Assembly: GCA_964016885.1 (NCBI GenBank)
Contig: OZ024741.1
Location: forward strand, 334,366,001-334,430,000
DNA from: Eledone cirrhosa
Lineage: Eukaryota
Direction of reading: 5' to 3'
DNA length: 64,000 bases
Each line of letters opens with the position of its first letter. The stretch's first letter is position 1. The notes under the pieces were generated by a model, which saw only the letters and a program-made list of their open reading frames with translations, searched no databases and had not been told where the DNA came from. Below are positions 11,586 through 23,981 of this stretch, in pieces. A program made the translations under genes and the position numbers.

Positions 11586-11808
11586 GTATATATATATACA
11601 TATATATATATGTATATATATATATATATGTGTATATAGATATAGATAGGTAAATATACACGGGTGTGTATGATTGTGTATAGAAGATTATATTAATAAG
11701 AGGAATTCCAACTTTGTCTGATTTACTCGTTTTATTTACAATCCTTTAAAATATATAATGGTATTATAATGAAATAGTATGATAGAATATTAAATTCTAA
11801 GTGTTAAT

Positions 11809-11847
11809 TGAACAAGTACTTTCATGCTTTCGCAATCTTCAGGTTCA
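11809..11847 (-). ncRNA. Mirror copy of the pLTR hammerhead
   Basis: Exact reverse complement of 14362-14400. Confidence 0.85.
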
Positions 11848-12539
11848 TAATATGTGGTGACAGTCGAGTTTGCAATTTTCAACTGTAATGAGATGGGTAA
11901 ATTTCTTACCTTTTATACATTTTATACAGAGAAAAGTGGCTCCAGATTGCTAAGCCCTGTAAACTGTATTTCGACCAATCAGTGTGTAGTTTCACTGAAT
12001 TACTAAAGCTGATCGGTTTAAGCGTCACGGCCGGTTGAGCATGCTAACGACCAATGATCATATCCAAAGCATCAATTGTTTTGCTATTTTTAGAAATGAT
12101 GAAAATAGCATTTTCTATTAATCATCACCATCAACATCACTTTTATTATTATTATTATTGTTGTTGTTGTTGTTGTTGTTGTTAGTGGTCGTGGTCATAG
12201 TGGTAGTAGAAGTAATGCCCCTAAGCGTTATTATTGTTCGTTTAGCTTGGGTTTGAATTTATCAATAAAATTCTTTTCTTTGATTTTTCTCTTGATTTCA
12301 CTTGGGCTGTGTAATTTGTAGAATGGGAATATTATAAATATTCCCTGACCACATGTTGCCAGGTGGCCGCTTAGGGGTATCTGACGGACATTTGGGTCTC
12401 TGATTTGTTGACGGTGTACCCGTGCACGTTCCGATAGTGCATTTCCAGTTTGACCGACATATAGTTCTTCACAATTCGGGCATTTAATGCAGTAAATTAG
12501 ATTTCTGCTTTTGCAGTTCATATTTGCATTTGGGAATAT

Positions 12540-13972
12540 AATCCGGGATGATATCGACTTCCTGTCCCATCTTCCCAAAACCACGGAAACGAATTCACTT
12601 CTACTCAGTTTTGATGTGGTAAGCCTTTACACCAACATTACACATGATTTAGGAATAAAGGCGGTTAAATACTGGGTGGAAAAACATAGAGAAGTGATTC
12701 ACAGCGCCATTTATATTAGACGCAGTTAAACTTATTCTGGAAAACAACACTTTCTTCTTCAATGGAAAGAATTACATCCAAATTAGAGGCACAGCGATGG
12801 GAACGAAGTTTGCTCCCGTTTACGCGAACTCTGTAATGGGATACTTAGAACAACAACTCTACCAAGAAATAGAGGAAAAATATAGTACTGACTTTAGAAG
12901 GTACATTGAAAAATCTTGGAAGAGATACCTTGACGACTGTTTCATCATCTGGACAGAATCTCTAGATACTCTGGATGAGTTCAATATCCTCCTGAATAAC
13001 CTACACCCATCTCTCCAATTCACAAAAGAGATGAGTAGGACCAAATTACCATTCCTAGATATAATGATAATCAAAAACGACACCACCATTACCACGGATA
13101 TATATTATAAACACACAGACACCCATCAATATCTGAATTTCAAGTCGTGTCATCGACCTCATACAAAACGCAACATCCCAAACTGCCTAGCCAGAAGAAT
13201 TTGTACCATTGTAGAAGATACGAATGCCAGGTACAAACGCCTAACAGAACTAAGAGAATTTTTGCTCAAACAAAAGTACCCATCTCTACTTATAGAAAAT
13301 GGCATACAGCGGGCTATAAAAATACCTATACAACAACTTAGAACAACCCAAGGAAGAAGAAACCAAGAACTGGTCATACCATTTATAATGACACACAACC
13401 CATGTCACCAGAATATCTTCAACACTGCCAAAGCAAACCTACCGATCATTGCTCAAAGTAATGAATTAAAAGGCTTAATCACAGATCGATCTTTGACTCT
13501 TAGTAAAAGACAGCCAACAAATTTGAAGCAATTACTAACAAAAGCAAAGTTTGACCTTAACAAAAAAGACCAATCATTCACTGTATCTAAATGCAATGAT
13601 AGTCGATGCGGCACATGTCAATCCATACACGCCGGTCAATATATGAAAACAAAAACTGGAAAAATATTCCCAAATGCAAATATGAACTGCAAAAGCAGAA
13701 ATCTAATTTACTGTATTAAATGCCCGAATTGTGAAGAACTATATGTCGGTCAAACTGGAAATGCACTATCGGAACGTGCACGGGTACACCGTCAACAAAT
13801 CAGAGACCCAAATGTCCGTCAGATACCTCTAAGCGGCCACCTAGCAACATGTGGTCAGGGAATATTTATAATATTCCCATTCTACAAATTACACAGCCCA
13901 AGTGAAATCAAGAGAAAAATCAAAGAAAAGAATTTTATTGATAAATTCAAACCCAAGCTAAACGAACAATAA
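12540..13972 (+). pseudogene. PLE RT (C-terminal part), Cys linker and GIY-YIG endonuclease
   Basis: SFDVVSLYTNI, GTAMGTKFAPVYAN, WKRYLDDCF, LPFLDI, CNDSRCGTC, NLIYCIKCPNCEELYVGQT; open 391-aa stretch 12797-13972, small deletion/frameshift near 12710. Confidence 0.93.
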
Positions 13973-14019
13973 TAACGCTTAGGGGCATTACTTCTACTAC
14001 AACTATGACCACGATCACT

Positions 14020-14052
<33 letters not shown>

Positions 14053-14361
14053 AATAATAATAATAAAAGTGATGTTGATGGTGATAATTAATAGAAAATG
14101 CTATTTTCATCATTTCTAAAAATAGCAAAACAATTGATGCTTTGGATATGATCATTGGTCGTTAGCATGCTCAACCAGCCGTGACGCTTAAACCGATCAG
14201 CTTTAGTAATTCAGTGAAACTACACACTGATTGGTCGAAATACAGTTTACAGGGCTTAGCATTCTGGAGCCACTTTTCTCTGTATAAAATGTATAAAAGG
14301 TAGGAAATTTACCCATCTCATTACAGTTGAAAATTGCAAACTCGACTGTCACCACATATTA

Positions 14362-14400
14362 TGAACCTGAAGATTGCGAAAGCATGAAAGTACTTGTTCA
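14362..14400 (+). ncRNA. Minimal type I hammerhead ribozyme in PLE pLTR
   Basis: TGAAC-CTGAAGA-T TGC gaaa GCA T-GAAA-GTAC-TT-GTTCA, palindromic stem III AGTACT. Confidence 0.85.
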
Positions 14401-14526
14401 ATTAACACTTAGAATTTAATATTCTATCATACTATTTCATTATAATACCATTATATATTTTAAAGGATTGTAAATAAAACGAGTAAATCAGGCAAAGTTG
14501 GAATTCCTCTTATTAATATATATATG

Positions 14527-14661
<135 letters not shown>

Positions 14662-14716
14662 GTATATATACATATATATATATGTATATATATATATATG
14701 TATATATATATACATA

Positions 14717-14902
14717 TAGTGGTAGAGCACTCAGTCCATGGGACGAGTCAGGTAGAAGTGGTTACACAACAGTTAGTTCACCGTACCGAGAACAATTGTA
14801 CGGCTGTTCCATATAACCATGTCCATTACGAGCTGAGGAACCACTAAGGTGAAACAATTGTTCTCTGTATGGTGAACTAACTGTTGTGTAACTACTTCTA
14901 TG
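14717..14902 (+). mobile_element. Short fold-back element in (TA)n containing an HHR
   Basis: 14755-14799 is the inverted copy of 14854-14900; (TA)n on both sides. Confidence 0.75.
14823..14872 (+). ncRNA. Minimal type I hammerhead ribozyme (GUU triplet)
   Basis: ccattacGAG-CTGAGGA-ACC actaa GGT-GAAA-CAATTG-TT-CTCtgtatgg. Confidence 0.82.
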
Positions 14903-14935
<33 letters not shown>

Positions 14936-15369
14936 TGACAGAGAGGGGGGGGAGTGAAGATCTATAATATTCCTGCTCTGTTTTAAGGGCATTTTTCGAT
15001 CAAATGAATTCTTCTTTTTATCTCTTTTTCTTTAATTCAATGTTACTGTCAGTTTTGTCATTACTACTGTTGTTGTTGTTGTTGTTGTCCTTCTCCTTCT
15101 ACTTCTTCTTCTTCTTCTTCTTAGGTGTCATTGTTGTTACTCTTTTTGCTAGTTGTCATTACTGTTGTTGTTGTTGTTACTGTTCTTGCTGTTACTGTTA
15201 TTCTTATTGGATGTCACTGTTGTTATTGTTCGGACATTACATGATGATGATGATGATGATGATGATTGTTTTTAGTGGCTGTTGTTGTTGTTGTTGTTGT
15301 TGTAGTCTCTTACCGATGTAGTTTTCATTGTTTTTGGTTACATTCTTGTTTCTTTCTTTTTTTTTGTTC

Positions 15370-15632
15370 CCCCACCACTACCCATACCACCCACCACCTC
15401 CACCACCAAAATCACCACCAAAATCACCACCCACCACCACCACCACCACCACCACCCACCACCAAAATCACCAGCCACCACCACCACCCACAACCACCAC
15501 CACCACCACCACCACCACCACCACCACCACCACCACCACCACCACCACTATTATCACCCCCCCATCTCCAGCACCACCTACACCACCACAGACCACCACC
15601 ACGACCGCTACGGAGTCCACCACCATCACCAC
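15370..15632. repeat. (CCA)n low-complexity tract
   Basis: Direct reading. Confidence 0.9.
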
Positions 15633-16109
15633 CTTTCTTGCATATTGTTATTCCTTACCATTTCTAATTCTGTTATTGCTTTTCTTCTTTTCTTTTCCTT
15701 CTCCCTTCCTCCCTTCTTTTCTTTCTTTTATCTATTATTTTTATTATTATTTGTTTTGTATATGTTGTTATTTGTTTTCCTTTTTGTTTATTTCTTTGAT
15801 ATATATGATAGTATTTCCTTTCCTCTTCTGTCCAGCCTGATACAGGAGAAGAGGAAATGTAATGTTATTCTTGACACTATACATTTGGGGAATCAGAGGT
15901 ATAAATAATTTGTCCAGTCAAACAAAGATCATTTGACAAAGAATCAGAAGACAAAAATCTCACCTATACAACTAAAACTGAGTCATTTTCATTAGATTTC
16001 TACCATTGCCTTCTTTTATTTACTTATATATATATATTTCTTATTATTTTATCTATTTTTATGTATCTAGTTTATTTCTTTTTTGATATGTTCTGTTATT
16101 CCACTCTTT

Positions 16110-16440
16110 CCATTTTTCTTTCTTTCTTTCTATTTTTCTTTCTTTTTTCATTCTATTTTCTTTTTTTCCTTTCTTTCTATTTTTTCTTTCTTTCTCTTTT
16201 TCTTTCTTTCTTACTTTCTATTTTTTTTCTTTCTTTCCTTCTTTCTTACCTACTTTCTATTTTTCTTTCTTTCTTTCTTACTTAGTATTTTTCTTTCTTT
16301 CTTTCCATTTTTCTTTCTTTTTTCTTTCTTACATTCTTTCTTTCTTTTTTCTTTCTTACATTCTTTCTTTCTTTTTTCTTTCTTACATTATTTCTATCTT
16401 TCTTTCTTTTTACTCTTCTTTCTTTCTTTCTTTCTATCTG
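16110..16440. repeat. (CTTT)n pyrimidine tract
   Basis: Direct reading. Confidence 0.9.
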
Positions 16441-16592
16441 TCCGCCTCTGTTCTTCATCAGAAACATCACCTCTACTTCCCATCATGTTTTCTAAAATAA
16501 TTATCCAAATAGAATGAAGCCTGTGGCAATTTCATTAAAATAACTGAAAGCTGCAAGTTGTCGTCACATTCTTTCATCAATAAGTGTTGAAA

Positions 16593-18482
16593 GTGATGTG
16601 GTGATGTGGTGATGTTGGTGATGATGGTGATGTGGTGATGTTGGTGATGATGGTGATGATGGTGATGATGGTGATGTGGTGATGATGGTGATGTGGTGAT
16701 GTAGTGATGATGGTGATGATGGTGATGTGGTGATGTGGTGATGTTGGTGATGTGGTGATGTTGGTGATGTGGTGATGATGGTGATGTTGGTGATGTGGTG
16801 ATGATGGTGATGTGGTGATGTGGTGATGTTGGTGATGATGGTGATGATGGTGATGTGGTGATGTAGTGATGTGGTGATGTAGTGATGATGGTGATGTGGT
16901 GATGTAGTGATGTGGTGATGTAGTGATGATGGTGATGTGGTGATGTGGTGATGTAGTGATGATGGTGATGTGGTGATGATGGTGATGATGGTGATGTGGT
17001 GATGTAGTGATGATGGTGATGATGGTGATGATGGTGATGATAGTGATGATGGTGATGATGGTGATGTGGTGATGTTGGTGATGATGGTGATGATGGTTAT
17101 GATGGTGATGATGGTGATGATGGTGATGATGGTGATGTGGTGATGTGGTGATGTAGTGATGATGGTGATGATGGTGATGATGGTGATGATGGTGATGTGG
17201 TGATGTAGTGATGATGGTGATGATGGTGATGATGGTGATGATGGTGATGATGGTGATGTGGTGATGTAGTGATGATGGTGATGATGGTGATGATGGTGAT
17301 GATAGTGATGATGGTGATGATGGTGATGATGGTGATGTGGTGATGTGGTGATGTGGTGATGATGGTGATGATGGTGATGATGGTGATGATGGTGATGATG
17401 GTGATGATGGTGATGATGGTGATGTGGTGATGTGGTGATGATGGTGATGATGGTGATGATGGTGATGATGGTGATGATGGTGATGATGGTGATGTGGTGA
17501 TGTGGTGATGATGGTGATGATGGTGATGATGGTGATGTGGTGATGTAGTGATGATGGTGATGTGGTGATGATGGTGATGATAGTGATGATGGTGATGATG
17601 GTGATGATGGTGATGATGGTGATGATGGTGATGATGGTGATGTGGTGATGTAGTGATGATGGTGATGATGGTGATGATGGTGATGATGGTGATGTGGTGA
17701 TGATGGTGATGATGGTGATGATGGTGATGATGGTGATGATGGTGATGATGGTGATGTGGTGATGTGGTGATGTGGTGATGATGGTGATGATGGTGATGAT
17801 GGTGATGATGGTGATGTGGTGATGTGGTGATGATGGTGATGATGGTGATGATGGTGATGTGGTGATGTGGTGATGATGGTGATGATGGTGATGATGGTGA
17901 TGATGGTGATGAAGATGATGATGGCAATGTGGTGATGATGGTGATGATGGTGATGATGGTGATGATGGTGATGATGGTGATGATGGCAATGTGGTGATGA
18001 TTGCAATGATGATGGTGATAAAGATGAAGATGATGATAGTGGTGATGATAGTGATGTTAACAACAACAATGAAAGTGGTGATAGTCATGATGGTGAAGAT
18101 GATGGTGGTGACGATTGTGATGGTGATGATGGTGTTGACAGTGATGATTGCGATGATAGGGATGATGGTGATGATAATGATGACAGTGATGATGATAGTG
18201 GGGATAGTGGTGATGTGATGGTGATGATTGCAATGATGATGATGATAATAATGATAGTGGTGATGGTGGCGATGATAGTGGTGATGTGGCAATGGTAGTG
18301 GTGATAGTGATGATGGTGGTGTGGTGATGATAATAACAATGATAGTGGTAATAGTGATGATTATGATGATGATGATAGTGATGATGGTGGTGTGGTGATG
18401 ATAATAACAATGATAGTGGTAATAGTGATGATGATGATGGCAATGATAGTGGTGATAATGATAACAATGATAGTGGTAATAG

Positions 18483-18520
<38 letters not shown>

Positions 18521-18550
18521 GCAATGATAGTGGTGATAGTGATGATTGTG
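16593..18550. repeat. ~2 kb compound GATGGT/GATGTGGT/GAT satellite-like tract
   Basis: Mixed 9-mer GATGATGGT and 8-mer GATGTGGT units; the His/Ser/Ile ORFs here are artefacts. Confidence 0.92.
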
Positions 18551-19815
18551 ATTGAGGGTAGTAAAGATGGACAGATATACTCAAAATGATGACACAAATA
18601 TAATGATAAAAATAACCATTTCATTTTATTTCATTTCATTTAATTTTATTTCAGATGACAACAATTGTGTTTATTTTATTGTTGTTTTATTTTACCTTTT
18701 ATCGTTTGGTTTTTGTTTTGTTTTATTTGTTTGTTGTTTTTATTAGTTTATTGAACAAAATAAATTATCTTGTTTGTTGGGATTGAAGAAAGAAAGTCTT
18801 GAAGAACTGAAAAGAAAGTCTGATGAAATAGTAAGAAATGCTAAGAATATGTAGATATTTTAGTGGGGAGGAAGTGAGGGTGGGGTCTTGTAAATTTTAA
18901 TGTTATAAATTTTACACTTGGTGAAGTAGACGATTCCTTTTAAGTAAGAATGAAAAAAAAAAGATTTTTGATAATAAAATTATGTTCAATACTCCTGCTA
19001 AACTTTGTGGTCATGCAGTTGATGTATTGGTGTTGTGCATATTAAAATGTTGCTGCACACCTCAAAATAATGCTGGTCACCTCAAAATGATGCTGCACAC
19101 CTCAAAATGTTGTTTATCATCATCATCATCATTATCATTTAATGTCCACTATCGCTGCTAGCAAGGGTTGAATGGGCTAACATAGACTAAGTCAGTACTG
19201 AAGCAGGTCTACTGTCCTCTTAGACAGCCAAGTGGGAGGGGTCTGCATCTCACGTTTGGCTTTACAATCTACCAAGTGCACAAGAGAGGTTTCATTTCTT
19301 TGACACAACTGAAGGGTCCTCCCAACCCTTTATTTGGTAAGCCTTCCGAGGCTGGATGCCCTTCCTATCACCAACCACTTTACAACATGTACTGGGTGCA
19401 TTTATTGTGTAGATCACCATCACTAGGAGGTGGCCATGATCTTAACATGACTGAAGGGTCCTCTCAACCCTTTGTTTGGCAAGCTTTCTACAGCTTGATG
19501 CCCTTCCTGTGTGTACTGGATGTTTTATCTGGAAGATCACCAACAGGGAGGTAGTCATGGCCTTGATACAACCGAAGGATTGTTCCTTATATAAAAATAT
19601 TGCTGCATACATCAAAATGTTGCCATACACTCTTAACTATATTGAAGAAACTTTAATAAATTGAAATTAAATAAATGGAGAGAGAGACATAGACTTTGTA
19701 TGTGAGAAGGGGAGAGAAAGTGAGAGAGAGTGAGAAAGGAAGAGAGGGAGAGGGGGAGAGAGGGAATGTATGTAAAAAATAGAATGTGTGACAGACAGAG
19801 AAAGAATATGTGTGC

Positions 19816-19885
<70 letters not shown>

Positions 19886-22201
19886 CAGAGATAATGAGAG
19901 AGAGAGATAATTTTACTTTTTGTCTCACCATCATAACTTTATGTCCCCTTTCCACATTAGCATGGGTTGGATAGGTTATCATGATCCAACACTAATTGGG
20001 ATGGAAGACCATACCTTACGCATACATTCCATTATTGGAGCGCCTTCTATGGCTGCTTGGGATGCCCGTCTATTGCAGATCTAATCTCCATCTGCCATGG
20101 TACTTGCTTTCAGCTGACTGAACAAGAACATTATGAAAATGAAGTGTCTTGCTCAAGAATACATGACCTATCAATCTGGAAATCATACCCACCATATTAA
20201 TATGATGAACCCTACACCTTAACCGCCATTCCACACACCTTCACAAGATGGGTTTGTTATGATGTTTTATAGGATTCACTGAGTTAGCTTTATGATTGTG
20301 TTAGAGATTAAACTCATCATTGCAGCTATACAAGAATAAAGTGAAAAGTATCAATGATTGAGATGTTTATCTCATTATATCAACCACAGCATAATAATAT
20401 CACATATGATACTGTATACACTGCACAGAAAATATTCAGTTTAACCATAAGATATATTTGTATGGGAAAAATAGTTTCAGTTTATGAACATTCTGGGTGA
20501 CAAATGGCCTTCAGCAACATATTAAGTTCATCAACCAAGGTTCCGTTATATTAGAAATTTTGGTCACTTATTTGTTTATTGCTTAATTAAAAAGGGCAAG
20601 GTAGGGTTGGATTAACCATTATGCAAAATAAGCACATGTTTCAGGCATATCTGAGTCTGTGTATGTGTGTGTGTCTGCATTTGCATGTGTGTATGAGTGT
20701 CTGTGCGTGTATATCTGTGTATGTTTTTGTGTCTATGTCTGCATGTGTGTTTGTCTCCATGTGTGTGGCTGTCTGTGTCTGCATCTATGTTTGAGCTCAA
20801 TCGTTCCTAACAAAGTATGTTCTAGTTGATTCGATCAACAGAACAACCTAAATATGAAATTAACATGTAAGTGGCTGAGCATTTCACAGCAGGGGTGAAT
20901 TAACTAGCAAGCAAAATAACCACATATTTAGGACATCAATGAGAGAGCAGCACTGTTTTATTCATGTTAAAAACTATTTTTCCCAGATTTTATATAGGGG
21001 TCAGCATAACCTTTATACTACTTAGGGCCTGAAAATGACAGAATCTGACTTTGAGGAAGGGCAGTACTTATGAGTCTTTTTGGAGCCACTATGACTGGTG
21101 GAGTCAGGTATTCTCAAACTAGAGACCTGGTCCAAATGTTTGCTACAGAGAGAGCTCCACTAAAGTCAGCCAAGGGCCAGATGTTGGTGTTAAATCAAGT
21201 TGACCATTGCAAGGTTTGAGCTCCCGATACTAAGATCTTGAACAAATGTGTTACTTTATGTTAATTAGGGGTGGTCTAATAGGATAGAGTCATTACATTT
21301 ATATGATTGCTTGCTATTCTCCCTAAACATCAAGAGACATAGCATTAAAATGTAAACACAAGAGCACATTTTTACTAAATATTTTATTCAAGTGCAACTA
21401 AATAATATTGTTTCTACTTTAGGCACAAGGCCAGCAATTATCCAGTGTATTACTGGTACTTTATTTTATCGACCACGTAAGGATGAAAGGCAAAGTCAAA
21501 CCTCAACGGGATTTGAATAATATTATTAGCAGATTACAACTATGCTAGTAGCTTTGACAGTGCCTGACACCACACCAGACAACAGAAGCCACTGACTTTC
21601 TTTTTTGGCAAAGTTTCCACAGCTGGATGCACTTTCTATCACCAACTATTTTACAGAGGGTACTGGGTGAATTTTATCATATCCCCAACACTAGAGAGTT
21701 TGTTTCTCACACTAGAAAGGTTGTTGTGTTGTTGTGCCCTTGTCATAACTGAATAGTCCTCTCAACTCAATTTTGGCATGGTTTCTACACCTGGATGCCC
21801 TTCTTAATACCTTGGAAGAGTGTTCTGGGCTTTTATTATCATGTATTGTTGTGGCACCCACCAGCACAAGGAAGGTTTTACAATCATTGACTTAACTGAA
21901 GAGCTTTCTCTACCCTGTAGGGGAGGGGATAGATTGAAACGTAGTTAGGAGAGAGAAGTATGATGTCATGGGTAAATATCAATAGTTTGATCAGGAGTAC
22001 AACAGTATAATGTCCTAGCTGTATGACAAGAAGGATGAAGAAAATTCTGGTTCGACCTCAAGAACTGGACAGATCCCATCTCTGTGATCCTTCTATGATG
22101 ACCTTTGACTGAAAATATCTAGATGGGCACCTCAATGACTGGCTGTACTAAGTTTAGGATCTTTGCTTGATAATATATATATATGCATATATATATATAT
22201 A

Positions 22202-23093
22202 TATTGTTATACTTTGGGAGGGTCATGTTGCCAATAAGAAACACACGCACCAGTTGCTTTCACTTCAATTTATTATAATAAATTTATAAATTTAGGAATT
22301 TAAAAATTTCCGGTTGGTTGGTTGGTTCCACAACCAGATGGTTGTTTATATATTGTTTATATATTGTTTATATATTGTTCTTTCGTCACACATTCTGTGA
22401 CCTCTTCAGTGACTGGGGATTCTTTTCTTTGTTTTTGTGCCTCTCCTTTGTTCTGTCCTATGCCATTTTGTTTCTCTGTGTGTGTGTTGTGTGCTCAGTC
22501 TGCGCATGCGCCACATCCGGGTGTCTGTGTGTGTTTATATTCGTTTATTTATTTGTTTATTTACATGTTACAGGTTGGTTGTTTGTTCATGCTTTCTATA
22601 AAGCATGAATGGAATAGCAACATCACAACTTACAATTAAGGACAAAATGAAAACACACACACACATAGAACAAACAACCAACCTGTAACATGTAAATAAA
22701 CAAATAAATAAACGAATATAAACACACACAGACACCCGGATGTGGCGCATGCGCAGACTGAGCACACAACACACAGACAGAAACAAAATGGCGTAGGACA
22801 GAACAAAGGAGAGGCACAAAAACAAAGAAAAAAATGCTCAGTCACTGAAGAGGTCACAGAATGTGTGACGAAAGAACTTTGACAATATATAAACAACCAT
22901 CTGGTTGTGGAACCAACCAACCAACCGGAAATTTATAAATTCCTAAATTTATAAATTTATTATAATAAATTGAAGTGAAAGCAACTGGTGTGTGTGTTTC
23001 TTATTGGCAACATGACCCTCCCAAAGTATAACAATATCGGTTTCAACACACGTTTTCAGATAAAGAATCTTGCTAAACAAATTCAGAAACGAA

Positions 23094-23095
<2 letters not shown>
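22202..23095. mobile_element. Inverted dimer of a ~500 bp non-coding HHR-bearing element (pLTR/retrozyme-like) in (TA)n
   Basis: 22202-22588 is the reverse complement of 22668-23036; a third copy lies at 61817-62313. Confidence 0.88.
22841..22883 (+). ncRNA. Minimal type I hammerhead ribozyme with an extra G after A9
   Basis: GTCA-CTGAAGA-G-GTCACA gaatg TGTGAC-GAAA-GAAC-TT-TGAC; identical in the 62019-62061 copy. Confidence 0.72.
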
Positions 23096-23192
<97 letters not shown>

Positions 23193-23826
23193 TGTGTGCA
23201 TGTTTGTGTGTCTGTCTGCATGTTTGTGTTTTTGTCTATGAGTGCACACATAAATATATGTGTGTGTGTAGTCGTTGTGTTGTTGACATGCAAAAATAGA
23301 GCACTCAGTCCACCTTGGCATGATTAAAACCACCCTCTCCACACTGGTTGATGTTAGCCATAGAAACCAAACTGAAATCAAAGTTGTGTTTGAGCAAGAT
23401 GTGATTCACCTGATCTGACTTGTCTCATAATGTGGCAACCCGTCTAATCCATGTAAGCATGGAAAAAAACAGATGTTAAACAATGATGATGATAATGATA
23501 AGGATATATATATATATATACACACATATATATATATATATATTATCCAATGTAAATATCAACCTTGCGTTCTGTGTTTAACAGGATATATCGCTTACAG
23601 TTGTAAAATAAGAAAACATGGTTAGGAACAAATTACTAAACATAGGTTAGGTATAATATATCTGATATTTTACATTGAGCTAATTTTATTACTGGTAATT
23701 GGGTAATACAAAATATTACCCTTATCTTATTTATAATTATATATGGATAAGTATAAATATTATTATTATCATTATATATATATATATATATAAGTTTATC
23801 CCGGGTTCAATCGGGGAGAAATCAGA

Positions 23827-23875
23827 GCTTCCTGATGATTTCTCCTGAATGAAACAGTTCTAGTCCTGTAGAAGC
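23827..23875 (+). ncRNA. Type I hammerhead ribozyme (GUA triplet)
   Basis: GCTTC-CTGATGA-T TTC tcct GAA T-GAAA-CAG ttctagtc CTG-TA-GAAGC, in a ~100 bp island between (TA)n tracts. Confidence 0.85.
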
Positions 23876-23921
23876 AATTTCTATATTATACATATATATA
23901 TATATTCATATATATATATAC

Positions 23922-23977
<56 letters not shown>

Positions 23978-23981
<4 letters not shown>

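Larger units (their letters stand above)
11689..14519 (+). mobile_element. 5'-truncated Neptune-type PLE with ~850 bp inverted duplication of its 3' end
   Basis: 11689-12539 is the near-identical reverse complement of 13664-14519; RT and GIY-YIG lie between and within the arms; (TA)n flanks. Confidence 0.95.

Noticed and set aside
12231-12584. Stand-alone GIY-YIG gene on the minus strand
   Set aside because: It is the inverted duplicate of the PLE 3' end
15266-15840. Extensin- or mucin-like Pro/Thr-rich ORFs
   Set aside because: (CCA)n tract with no coding context
16564-18624. Long His/Ser/Pro/Ile-rich ORFs
   Set aside because: Translations of a GAT/GGT satellite that are open in several frames
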